From Takakia lepidozioides (Eukaryota > Plantae > Bryophyta): a DNA stretch of 64,000 bases. Position 1 is the first letter of the stretch; every line of letters starts with the position of its first letter. The notes beneath the pieces were generated by a model. The model was not told where the DNA came from. It worked only from the letters and a program-made list of their open reading frames with translations, and ran no database searches. Where the stretch lies: the NCBI GenBank assembly GCA_030704615.1, contig CM060732.1, positions 65,410,001 to 65,474,000 of the forward strand, given 5' to 3'. This document shows positions 34,901 to 47,149 of this stretch, piece after piece. Both the position numbers and the translations under genes were made by a program.

Positions 34901-35959
34901 ATATCTATCCCTCTTGGATGAATCTGGACCCACACTCCATCCCTGCTCTCCTTCAGCTATCCCTTCCTCAGCACCATTAATGCATAGACCTTGCCCTTGC
35001 TGCTAGAAGCTGACAATGACAGCTGAATTTTTTCTAGCAAACACCCAAACCCTACTGATCACACACTAGCTCCTACTCTGAATTGGTCCCAAGTCTTTAA
35101 AAATGTGCTGGGGATCCAAGAAAGCTTTGTGATGCATCTTGTTGTCTACTTCTCTGTAGTTTAACAAGCATTCACCTTTCGCCTCGATTGTCTGACCATT
35201 GACTGGGGTCCAAGAAATATTCGTTCCAAAGCTTCTCCTCGTCTCTGTTTTCTGTTTTTGGATATTTGAAAGTTGCCCAACTTGGCAGTAACATGTCACC
35301 ATAGATCCACCCAACGAGATAACTTTGCAGAATTCAACATGAATTATTAGGGACGATTTTGATAAGAGGACAAAGCAGGCTGAAAATGTATTGAAGAAGA
35401 AGGTGCCCTCACCACATTGTCCTTGACCTTGAGTCATGAAGGCAGCTAGCTTTTCTTTCACCCAAGGAGGATTCAACCAACCACCAACCCAAAGGACCTC
35501 TTGTGTGCGCTGCTTGTGTCTGTAGTTGGGTGATAACTGATTTGTCTCTGAGGACCACCACGGTGCAGCTGAGGAGCAATAGATTGAAGCACCGCCTGAA
35601 AAACCGAGCTGACCCTCCCAAGTACATTGTAAACAACACGGCAAAGAACAAATCATGATACTGACAAGAAGGGCTCACTTTTGCACAACGGACAAACTTC
35701 TTCACATTGTATACTACGAAAGCTACATTTTGCCTTTACGGTTGTCCCACCATTGTAGAGATCTTTCAAAACTTCATGGCAGCACTGTAGACGTTTGTGC
35801 CCGAAAATCAGACACAATCAAAACTGTGACATGTTCTTTTTTGGAGGAGTTCTAGTTTAGTTTTCAACAACATTCACGCGAGTCACTGTGAGCTCATTGG
35901 ACACTACACAATGAGGAATATTTCAGCATGTCCAAGAGGCTAAACAAGCTTGTGCATGA

Positions 35960-38900
35960 CAAGGCTGCGTCACTGATGTTCGCTGAATATCCTCAGCGTG
36001 GGTGCGGGATGAAGGCTTTGGAGACCTATGAGCAAATGATTCAGGAAGGGTTGAACCCAGACCAGGTCACATTCATTTCTATTTTCAATGTGTGTGCAAG
36101 CCTGGCAGCCCTGGAAAAGGGCAAAGAGGTCCATGGTGATATCGTCAAAGCTGGAATTGTACCAGATGTCATTCTGAACAATGCCCTCATTGACATGTAT
36201 GCCAAAGGCGGAAGCATTGAAGATGCAAAGGGAGTGTTCGTCAGGATGGCTGAACAAAATGTGGTATCATGGAGTGCTATGATTGCAGGATATGCACAGC
36301 ATGCGTGTGGGATGATATTGCCAATGTCACAACAAGAAAGTATCCCGAAACAGGTAACAAAGACGAGGAGAAACTGTGGAATGAATATTTTTCTGACCCC
36401 AGTCAATGGTGGGACAATCGAGGCAAGAAGATGAATGCCTGTTAGATTACAGAGAGTAGCAGGCGCAATTGAGCATAAGAACTGTGGAATTTATAGCCTC
36501 CATTCTTCTAAGTTTACTTTCTCTACTGTCCAGAAATCAATCAGAAGGTTCATGGATACAGCAGGCAAGGGTACCACCGATAGTTTGGAGGCTGTGATGG
36601 CTGCATATGTGTGGGGAAAAGAAAGTTCCTCTTGGAACAGGAGTGAAGATTGACCTGCATTGGCAGCATCCGCAGGTAAAGTCATGCACCCTTTCATGTA
36701 CCCTCCTCTTCTTCCACAGACTTTAAACCAAGGAGGCATTTCAGCAGATTCAGAACGCATGTCTGTCTCTTGTATAAGTGCATCAAGGTGAAAGGTCTGG
36801 AAGCCGGAAAGCAGGTGTACACTCACATTATCCAAAGTGGATTCACGCCAAATGTTTTTCTCCTCAGCACCCTTGTCAACATGTATGTTAAGTGCGGGAG
36901 CATCATGGATGCTCACCAAGTGTTCAACAGAATGCCTCAACGATCTTTGATCACATGGAATATAATGTTGGCAGGATTTACCAAGCATGGGTGTGGTATG
37001 AATGCTTTGGAGACCTATGAGCAAATGATGGGGGAAGGGGTGAAGCCCGACCACATCACGTTTGTGTGCGTTTGCAGTGCGTGTGCAAGCCTGGCAGCCT
37101 TGGAAAAGGGCAAGGGCAAAGAGGTGCATGGCGACATCGTCAGAGCTGGAATCGTACTAGATGTGATCCTGAACAATACCCTGGTGGACATGTATGCCAA
37201 ATGTGGGAGCATCGAGCATGCAAAGGGAGTGTTCGACAATATGGCGGAACAAGATGTGGTGTTGTGGAATGCGATGCTCGCAGGATATGCACAGCAGGGG
37301 CGCGGGATGGAGGCTTTGGAGACGTATGAGCAAATGATGTGCGAAGGGGAACAACCAAGATGTAGCCCAGTGGTCAGGGCATATACCCTCTTACGAGTGG
37401 TTGTGGGTTCAAACCACCATGTTGGTTGTTACAAAGGTGTCCACCTTCCTACCGGAAGGCAATAGGTCTTCTGGGTCAAGTGACAGCATAAGTTACGCTT
37501 GCTTCGGCAACGCGTCCACCTTTTTTTTCTGCAAAGGGGTGAAGCCCAACCACGTCACGTGTGTGTGCGTTTGCAATGCATGTGCAAGCCTGGCAGCCCT
37601 GGAAAAGTAAAAAGAGGTCCATGGTGACATTATCAAATCTAGAATTGTGCCCAATGTCATTCTGAACATTGCCCTGGTGGACATGTATGTCAAATGTGGG
37701 TGCATCGAGGATGCAAATGGAGTATGGCTGAACGTGATGTGGTGTCGTGGAGTGTGATGATTGCAAGATATGCACAACAAGGGTGCGGGATGGAGGCTTT
37801 GGAGACCTATGAGCAAATGATGTGCGAAGGGGTGAAAACCAACAACATCACGTTTGTTTGTGTTTGCAATGCGTGTGAAAGCCTAGGAGTTTTGGAAAAG
37901 GGGAAAGAGGTCCATGGTGACATTGTCAAAGCTGGAATTGTACCAGATGTCATCCTAAACACTGCCCTGGTGGACATGTATGCCAAATGTGGGTGCATTA
38001 AGGATGCGAAGGGAGTTAATTTCAGCATTATGGCTGAACGAGATGTGGTGTCGTGGAACGCGATGCTTGCAGGGGTATGCACAGCAGGGGCGCGGGATGG
38101 AGGCTTTGGAGCTCTATTCCAAAGTTTATTGAGCCTGTCACAAGCAGGTCTGGAAGCTGGAAAGCAGGTGCACACTCACATTATCCAAAGTGGATTCATG
38201 CCAAGGATGTGAAGGGAGTTTTCAACTCTATGGCTGAACAAGATGTGGTGTCGTGGCACGCTATGCTTGCAGGGTATGCATAGCAAGGACGTGGGTTGGT
38301 GGCTTTGGAAACCTATGATCAATTGATGGGGGAAGGGGTGAAGCCCAACCACATCACGTTTGTTTGTGATTCCAATGCTTGTGCAAACCTGACAGCCCTG
38401 GAAAAGGGTAAAGAGGTCCATGGTGACAATATTGTCAAAGTTGGGATTATACCAGATGTCATTCTGAACTCTGCCCTGGTGGACATGTATGCCAAATGTG
38501 GGTGCATTGAGGATGCAAAGCAAAGGAACTTATGTGTACTCTGCGAAGGGGTGAAGCCCAACCACATCACCTTAGTTTGTGTTTGCAATGCGTGTGCAAG
38601 CTTGGGAGCCCTGGAAAAGGGGAAAGAGGTCCATGGTGACATCGTCAAAGCGAATTGTACCCGATGTTAAACAATCCCCTCGTGAACATGTATGCCAAAT
38701 GTGGGAGCATCAAGGATGCGAAGGCAGTGTTCAACTATATCGCTGAATGAAATGTGGTGTCGTGGAACGCGATGCTTGCAGGGTATGCACAGCAGGGGCG
38801 TGGGATGGAGGCTTTGGAGACCTATGAGCAAATTATGGGGGAAGCTTCAGGTTGATTTCTGCAAGTTACTAGTTGAGTGAACCTTTGATAGTTTGCAATG

Positions 38901-39510
38901 CGTGTGCAAGACTGACAGCTCTGGAGAAGGGCAAAGAGGTCCATGGCGACATTGTCAGAGCTGCAATTGTACCATATGTCATTCTGAACAATACCCTCGT
39001 GGACATGTATGAAGGGAACAGTATGGCTGAACGAGATGTGGTGTCGTGGAACTCGATGCTTGGAGGGTATGCACAGCAGGGGCACTGGATGGAGGCTTTG
39101 GCACCAGATGTTGTGCTTGGCACACTATGTAAACCCAGTAAGACTAGGGAGTAGTTGAGCAGCTCAGTCTCAACCCTTTCCTAGTGCCAACAAACTCTGA
39201 TGTGGATTCACGCCAAGAAAGGTCCGGAAGCTGGAAAGCAGGTGCACACTCACAAGCATCGCAGGGTATGCACAGCAGGGACGTGGGATGGTGGATTTGG
39301 AGACCTATGATCAAATTATGAGGGAAGGGGTGAAGCCCAACCACATCATGTTTTTGTGTGATTGCAATGCTTGTGCAAGCCTGGCAGCCTTGGAAAAGGT
39401 CAAAATAGGTCTATGGTGACATTGTCAAAGCTGGAATTGTACCAGATGTCATTCTGAACTCTGCCCTGGTGGACATGTATGCCTAATGTGGGTGCATTGA
39501 GGATGCAATG
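35960..39510 (+). pseudogene. Tandem cluster of decayed PLS-class (P-L-S triplet) PPR repeats
   Basis: About 8-9 copies of GVKPNHITFVCVCNACASLAALEKGKEVHGDIVKAGIVPDVILNxALVDMYAKCGxIEDAK with many stops, frameshifts and deletions. Confidence 0.9.
37350..37529 (+). mobile_element. tRNA-derived SINE with T-tail and 10-bp TSD
   Basis: A-box TAGCCCAGTGG, B-box GGTTCAAACC, 3' TTGC-TTCG-GCAA hairpin and T8. Flanked by TGCGAAGGGG (37340-37349) and TGCAAAGGGG (37530-37539), splitting a PPR motif. Confidence 0.85.
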
Positions 39511-40125
39511 CAAGGAACTTATGTGTACTTTGTTTATGTACTGGGTGTGGCAGGGAGGCTTTGGAGATTGTGAATGGGTGATGCCTAGTAGGTGAACCTC
39601 ATGTGTATTCTGATGCATGTGCCAGTCTTTGAGCACTGAAAAAGTGCAGATGGATATGTATGTATTTGTAAGCCTATACATTCTGATGTGAGGTTCTCTG
39701 GTTTTATGACAGGAACAAAACAATTGTGAGCAGGAAGTGAAGGGCCATCTCCTATTGGAATTCCTCAATCAGCATAGCTGGGCCTGAATCAAACATCAAT
39801 GGACTGGGCCTTTCGTCTTCACTAGGTGTTGTTGCTAAGAAAATAACCGATTGTGAGAGGGTCCCTAATCGAATGATGCTTCTAGGTATAGGTGAAGCAG
39901 AGGAATATAACATACTGTTACATCGCACTTTGCACCTAACTTCCCAGCAAAGCGGTGTATCATCAACCTCGGTCTGAGAGAGAAAGCCACAATTCTATAG
40001 AATAGCGTGATTAATTTTAAAGTCGCACTCTTAGGGTTTAATTCTCCTAAAAAAACCCACCGATATATACTTTCATCTGCCCCTGCCTCTCTCTCTCTCT
40101 CTCTGCACCATACATACAAACAACC

Positions 40126-40868
40126 ATGTCAACGCCGGAAATAGCCGACATAATAGACACTGTAACGGACCAACAAATCCAGGAAATAACCCACCAAGAC
40201 ATGACAAACGTGATATACGACAGTTTCACGTCCAATGACCATCATGCCCTAAAGGTGGGGATCACATGGAAGCGCCTGCCCTACAGTACAAACTTCCACA
40301 GCGCTTTGTGGAATGTCCCTTTGGACCGTGAAGAAATAGCAATCTTCGTAGGTATTGCAAAATTCCCCAACCTTGGCAAAACCGGGAATTACAGATTCGT
40401 GACTTTCACCAAAGAACTAAAAGATGCAAAATTCACAATATTGATAGAAGACAGCCATTTCTTGTTCGACTACGCAAATACAATACAGAATGGTTCGATA
40501 ATTGAAGGAGGAGAGGCAAGGACATGACGTGGATGGGTGGAAACAACATGAGCTTCACGAAAAAGCTCCTAAAAACTAACGCAAACAACTCTGGCTCGAC
40601 GTCCGGTAACAACAAACGTCAAAAGACAAACAACGACGAGATGTACAATACAATAGAAGTCCTTAACGAAAATGGCCAAAAAATGGATGAAGAATCCGTA
40701 CCTTCAGGGGATCTCGTTGCAGTCAAGTGTAACATCCGATATTGGATGAATTTCCGTCACAAGAAACACGGGCTTTCATTCCAATTAAAAGGGGTCAAAC
40801 TATTGGCCAAAGCACAAGAGGAGACAGAGTCGAATGACGACAACTGGAGCAAAAACATAGCTTGGTAG
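40126..40868 (+). CDS. Putative T7 gp2.5-like OB-fold ssDNA-binding protein gene, split into two ORFs overlapping at ATGA (40524-40527)
   Basis: C-terminal GDLVAVKCNIRYWMN..KKHGLSFQLKGVKLL followed by an acidic tail ending in an aromatic residue. TATA-like element at about 40064, CT-rich leader and ACAACCATG Kozak context. Confidence 0.5.
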
Positions 40869-41044
40869 AGCTTAGATTAGACACATCTAAACGTTCCATG
40901 TAAGGGCCACCATATTTTCTCTCTCTCATGATCCTCGAGTATGGCCCATCCGTCCGGACGTCCTTCTCAAAAGTCGTCGCTAGTAGTGCGGAGCAACGCG
41001 AAGCCCTAGTAACTAAAAGAAACCCTCTTGTAACAACATCTCTA

Positions 41045-41110
41045 GATTAGTTTGATGGTTAGTCTGGTAGTTTATACTTCCGAGGTTGGGGGTTCAACTC
41101 CTGCCGACTA
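41045..41110 (+). other. Degenerate tRNA-like (A/B box) sequence
   Basis: TAGTTTGATGG...GGGTTCAACTCC; no proper cloverleaf seen. Confidence 0.35.
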
Positions 41111-41730
41111 CAATTTGCTTAGTTTTGCTTATTTGTTGAGAATCCTTCTAATAGCCCTATAAGTATTTAGATAGGAAGGTTGGTTTTAAATGTAACTTGA
41201 GGGACTTATCGGTTAGTGATTTCACTCGCACACTCGAGGTTAGGGTTTCAAATTCCAATAGCCGCACTGCTTCCCTGTAGTTGGTTTTGATTCTCTTCTT
41301 TTATTTTGGTTATATTAATATTGTTTGTTGGGCTGATTTTTTTCCTTAGAATGATCTAATTAACTATATATTCTTGACTCACCTAAATTAATGGGTACTA
41401 GTTTAAACTAACTAAATCAATATCTCTATCTTTTAAACATATACATAAAATTATTCAAAAAGAAAAGAAATGATAGAGTTGGTTAATTGAAATAAATTTT
41501 TGTTGTTTACTGAATAACTAATATTTCTCTAGAATATCTCTCCGCTAAAATAACCATAACCCTTTATACTGAGGTAATTATACATTCGCATTATTTATTT
41601 CTGGACTATTGTTTTCGTAAATACGTCAATGAGTTAGTACTAACTGTTGGTTACAAATTACAAACGCAAATACTTATAACATAGAAAAATTATAATCCAC
41701 ACTAGCAACACCCTTGGGGCTAGGCGGCGC

Positions 41731-42512
41731 CTGTCACGGACATAGCCCAAAGGAACTTACCAGGAGTAAATACCAGAAGTTATCAAGTTACCATGTTACC
41801 CAATGACTTACCGTGATTTACCATGATCTACCATGATTTACCATTACATACCAAGTTACCGGGAATTTACCAAATTACCAAGAGTAACTTAGGAAACTAC
41901 TCAGGAAGCTTCCTTTGGATGAAACTTCTCCATCAAGATACCTCATTTGTTTAAGGAAGCTTCTCCATCAAAGAAACATTTGTTTAATCTTGGAAACTTC
42001 TCCAGCAAGCAACCTCCATAGGGAAAGCTTCTTAGGGAAGCTTCTTAGTAGTCAGTATATATAGGAGGCGAGACTGGACACTCTTCAGTCTCGCCAACAA
42101 CCAGCTCAAGCTACTCTTGTTTCCAGTTCCCAGTACCCTAGCCCAGTTTCCAGTATCTGGTACTCCAGTCCAATTTCCAGCATTCCAGTATTCAAGTTGT
42201 GTTCCAATATCTTGTACTCTTGTTCATTGTTATAAAAGATCGTCTTGATTCCTATTTACTCATCGTGCATTCGGAGTAAATACCATAAGTTACCAAGTTA
42301 CCATGTTACCGAAAGTTACCATGATTTACCATGATTTACCATTACTTACCAAGTTACCGGGAGTTTACCAAATTACCAAGAATAACTTGGGAAACTACTC
42401 AGGAAGCTTCCTTTGGAGGAAACTTCTCCATCAAGATACCTCATTTGTTTAAGGAATCTTCTCCATCAAGAAACCTTTGTTTAATCTTTGGAAACTTCTC
42501 CAGCAAGCAACT
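41731..42512 (+). mobile_element. LTR-like fragment with internal ~240-bp duplication (TTACCA-rich)
   Basis: Starts TGTCACGG; TATATA box followed by hairpin GGCGAGACTG..CAGTCTCGCC; 41763-42012 is duplicated at 42273-42512. No PBS or pol recognised. Confidence 0.4.
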
Positions 42513-44302
42513 ATCAAGTTATTTTACCACTAGTGTGAAACTAGCTAGGAAATAGCTAGTTTTTACATATTGACATTTGGGATTGGCCCAAGTGTCAATC
42601 CAGGGGTCAAGGCAGATTTAGGCCCTGAAGTGGTTATCTTCACGGCAAGCGCGGGAGGCTCATCTTTCTCGAGTTGAGCCTCACCGCGCCTAGCTATGGC
42701 GTCGTAGTGTGGATTTCCCATGGCGTGGGGTACACTTGGCTTGACTTGTATTTGAGTGATGAGGTTATATATGCATGAGTTTATGCTTCAGCTTTGTGAG
42801 CTCGCATGAGCTTGTGCTTGTATTCTTCTTCTTTATCACTCGAGAAAGATGAGCTCGTATCTGTGAGTGCCAGATACGAGTTAGTTGTAGCACTTGTGGT
42901 TTTTGCTTGAGATTGAGAGAAACCAGGTTGTTATGCAAGGAGCTGGGTTGTAGCCCTAAGTGTCTCTACGTCTCTAGTCTCTACGTCCCCAGAACGCGGC
43001 CCGAGCTCGGATTGGCATCCGGCCCCCACAGTGGGACGACCGTCTCGCAGGTTACGCACACTGGTGGGCCGTTGAAAGATGAGAGTATGGCGATTGCCAA
43101 CTCTAGCACTCGGGAGGGCCATACGGAGAAAACATTTTCTGGGGATCAGGCAAGAGTTGGCAGCCTTCGGACGCCGCGAATGAATGGGTGAATGAGGGGA
43201 AATGGTACGACTATTCCAGGTGCTCATTACATTGATCCAATTCTCCTTCCAAATGGCTCTTGCAATCTGAGAATCCCTCCGGCATGTCTCTGTTGCTTGG
43301 TACTACCCTCAGGTAGCTTGGTGTGAGGGTACAGATCTGTAATTGCTGCCCATTTGTCCCCTTCCTTGGAATAATGATCATCAACTCTTGTGCAATCAGC
43401 AGGGTTCACAAGCTTTGGCTCACATGAAACATCTTTCCCTATTTGATTTTCCAGCTCCCTGTTGCCATCCTGGATTCCTTGTCCTTGCTTAGATTCTTCA
43501 TGGGACATACTCCCCTTTATGGTTGGATCATGCAAAAATACCTTTTCCTCAACCCTGCCTTCTTTGTCAAATCTTTTCGTTTGGTGTTCACTATGATGCC
43601 TTGACTCCTTGGCCTGAGGACTGCTTCTCCATTGTGATATAGTCAATTCATCAATCAACACCATATCTGCCAGTTCCTCTAGTGGTTTGGCTGTGTCACA
43701 ATCAAATCCGTAGGCCGCAGGGTAGTCGCACTCTTGATGGCTGATACTCAATGTCCTCTTGATTTGTGTCTTGTTCTAAATGCACACCCGTAGATGACAT
43801 TGGGATTTGCACAAGAGCTTGTAATCGAGGTGGGCACTCTTCATTGCTGCCTGTTTGATTCTCTGTTGAACAAATGATATCTGCCAGGATTGCTTCTTCC
43901 ATATCGTGCAGTGACGGCAACATCTTCATGACCTGCAACTACTACCCGCCTGATAACTGGGTGGGGCAGAGGCCTTACTAGGCAGCTGCAAGAAGTGTAA
44001 TCTTTCTCTTTCTCTTCAGGACTCTCTCTTCCGATCAACATAATAACCACATTGCCTCACACATCTATGCCATATTGTATACTGCAATCCTTCATTGGGC
44101 CGGCCTTGTGCGATCTATCTCCAGGGAGAGCGACCTCCAACCTGATATCCATGATGTTACAGACTCCCGTGTTTGGGCTTAGAGTTATCAACCGGAGCTG
44201 TAACACAAGTTCTTCAACTTTAGCCTCAGTGTAATCTGTGCTGAGCGCCAATCCTGGACCCCAGGTGGTGCAAACTTCGTCGTAAGAATGACATATACGA
44301 TG

Positions 44303-44725
44303 GGTGCAGGCCCGGCCGGTTTGGGGGCAGCAATTAGACTAAAGCAACTGTGCATAGAGAAGGGCACTGATATGTCTGTGTGCGTGGTTGAGAAGGGTGC
44401 TGAAGTTGGTCAGCTCTCTGCCCCTCTCTTGTACGGTGCTTAGTTGTACAATCTGGATGACAGCCAGACTAGCTTTGGATGACCAATTTGTACTTTTGCA
44501 GCACATAATGGATAGCAAGTTGGTTGGGGCGTAATGACAGTAGGTTGCTTCTTTGCCTCAGTGTCTATTGCCATGATCAATGTTGTTCATCGTGCAACAG
44601 AGATTTATACAGAACCTCGGCGCCTGACTGTTCCTGTATATGTGGCAGGTGCACACATACTTTCGGGAAATGTGTTTGAACCACGGGCACTCAGTGAGCT
44701 CTTTCTAGATTAGAAGGATCAAGGC
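44303..44725 (+). pseudogene. ETFQO: Two-exon fragment of electron-transfer flavoprotein:ubiquinone oxidoreductase
   Basis: GAGPAGLGAAIRLKQLCIEKGTDMSVCVVEKGAEVG | intron 44409-44648 | AHILSGNVFEPRALSELFLD*KDQG, with TAG at 44711 replacing the conserved W. Confidence 0.85.
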
Positions 44726-44854
44726 GTATGTCCTCAGTCCATACTTATGAAAACTGGATGATGCAAGAGAGGTAGATGGCTTGGGGAGTGACTGTTTTCC
44801 GTTCATGATGTTATTCAGCTGGAAATGGAGTGATTGCTGATGAGTGCTGAACTG

Positions 44855-46363
44855 ACACTTTTGTCATCATAGCGCACTTTATTAATGAACAGTGGGAGCA
44901 ATGTCATGTGACTCTTGGCATGTTTGAGACACCTGACACATCTGGGGCTGCCATGGCACATCAAGTCAACAATCTTCTTGTGAAGTATGGCCTCAATACT
45001 CGCATTATTGCTTACGTCAAAGATGAGGGAGGTAACTTGGCCACTTTGACCAATGCTTTGAATTCGGTGGTCTCATGTGCGTGTTTGGGGTTGGATTCTC
45101 CATTTGTGGGTAGTTGTTTTGGGCATGCAATGTCCAAGTGTTGCCAGTATGCAACAAATGATACAGAAGTATGCGCAGATATGAGATCGGTTTCTATTAA
45201 AAAATGCCCAATCAGAGTTGCAAAAAACCATTACTTGGACCAAAAAAAGTGGCAAAGGGAGACAAGAATAGGCAAAGGCATGTGTGGACAGTGGCATTCA
45301 TCCCCGCAAACTGAAGACTCCGGTGAAGACACGGTTTGCTTCCAAGGTGATCCTCTTCCAAAAGACTTTGGAGTTTATGCAAGCCATAATCACTTGTTAC
45401 TCTAGGCAAACCTCATTGGCACTGCAGTCTCGCATACCAAGTCCACAAGTGTGGGCCATTGCCCAATCAATTTCTACAGTTCTAGGGCCTGTGGTTCATG
45501 AGTGCATTATGAATCAATCTGGGGGATTTTGGTTGTTGTCCGATGCTCTTAATGCAGCCATTGCCACAACAATTCGCATGCGAGGAAGTAGTGCTGGGGG
45601 GGCTGCAACTGTGGATCATTGCATGGGGGATTTCTCAACAGAGTTGACATTGTTGGAATGGCGGATGGCTCGAGAGGTGGTATATGTCGTGGAACCATTT
45701 CTTTCTTTTTTGGAAGGGTTTCAATCGCGCAAAGCTCACAATATGCTCGCGCGTATGCTTGACCCACGTTACAAGGGGTTGTCATTGGTATCACAATATG
45801 TGGGCAAAGAGCGTGCTTTGCATATTGTGTCCCAATATGATAGTATGGTGTTAGAGCCTCTTTTGGTAAAGTGTTTCAAGGTCTTACATCCGGATACTCC
45901 GGCCCAATCACAGCCCACTTCCACAATGGACGAGATGTCCTTATTTGGTGTGCATGACCACAATGAAGACATGACATTGACAGTGGTGAGAGAACAACTA
46001 TCACATTTCAGAAGGACGAAGATAAATGAGGGTGAGTGCGTGGCTCCATTGAAATGGTGGAAAGAACACGAGTCTCTCTTTCCGTATGTGGGATTTTTGG
46101 CACGGCTAATTTTGGGCATAGTTGGATCTCAGATTGAAGCTGAGAGGGTTTTTAGTATTGCAGGTGTCATAACAAACTTGAGACGGTGCAGGTTAAATAT
46201 TGAAAACCTTGATATGCTTGTGAGTGTAGTCAAGAATTGGCCAAATGATGCTAGAGTTGGTTGCTTTAGTACTTCCATGAAAGAGTTTTTGGATAGGGAA
46301 GAAGTCCTCTTAGATGAGAATGAGGACTTGATTGCAAAGGCAAACCTCTTTGAGGTAGACTGA
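44855..46363 (+). pseudogene. hAT transposase, 5'-truncated, with frameshift/stop near 45200-45270
   Basis: IAHFINEQW, AYVKDEGGNL, CFGHAMSK, KTPVKTRFAS, LDPRYKGL, PLKWWK, SQIEAERVFSIAG. Confidence 0.9.
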
Positions 46364-47096
46364 TTTGTCTTAGAGACAAATTATTGTTCAACATATTACA
46401 CTATACTCCTTTGATTGGAGTTTGTTTATTTGTCATTTTTATTGAAAATTTCAGTGACATCCCGTGTACTTAGTTTGTTGTATGCTATATTGACAAAGCA
46501 TCATCCAAAAAACACAAATTTATGTAGTTTTTTTTAGTTGTGCTTTTGCTGCACCATAAAAGGTAACCATAGAATTACACATGTTTAATTTGTTTTGTAT
46601 TTTGAATTAAGATCCTTATGTAGTTAGTTAGTTTTAGTTGTTCTTTGCTACACCGTACGACAACTTATAAAATCTCTGGTTTTCCGTTTTTAATGGAGAC
46701 CATGCGTATATAACTAGTTATATATACCATAAAAGACAATCACAAAAAACATATAAGTTTATTTACTTCTGTTTTACTAATAAATTCCCTGGTTTTAGTT
46801 GAAAATTCTCAGTATGACCAATCAGATCAGTTCATCTAATTTTCCAGAAGAATAAAAAATTAAAAGAATTTAATATATTTAAAAAAAAGAACCGGAACCT
46901 AACCGGGAACCGGTGTTTTTTTTCCAGCAACTAACCGGTAACCGGAACCGCCCCCATGTTAAAAAGTCAGAACCTGAACTGGACCGGAACCGCCTTAATA
47001 AAAAATAACCGGATCCGGATCCGGAACCGTCTCTTCAAAAATTTGTGGAACCGGAACCGGAGGTTCCTTCATAAAGGCAAGAACCGCCCAACACTG
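44855..47096 (+). mobile_element. hAT element 3' half with right TIR
   Basis: AACCGG subterminal repeats at 46890-47060 and terminus ...CCGCCCAACACTG (reverse complement CAGTGTTGG, a typical hAT end) at 47096. Confidence 0.75.
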
Positions 47097-47149
47097 TTAT
47101 ATACCCTCCAGCCTCCAAGCCTCACACGCTCGACAAATTAGATCCAATG

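Noticed and set aside
35928-39510. Functional PPR editing factor
   Set aside because: Many stops, frameshifts, deletions and a SINE insertion; no intact E/DYW end.
40506-40527. Shine-Dalgarno (AGGAGG) with translational coupling at the ATGA overlap
   Set aside because: Spacing to the ATG is long (about 12 nt) and the upstream promoter and Kozak context is eukaryotic; a frameshift is the simpler explanation.
43227-44251. ORFs at 43.2-44.25 kb as gag/pol
   Set aside because: No recognisable gag, protease, RT or integrase motifs; left uncalled.
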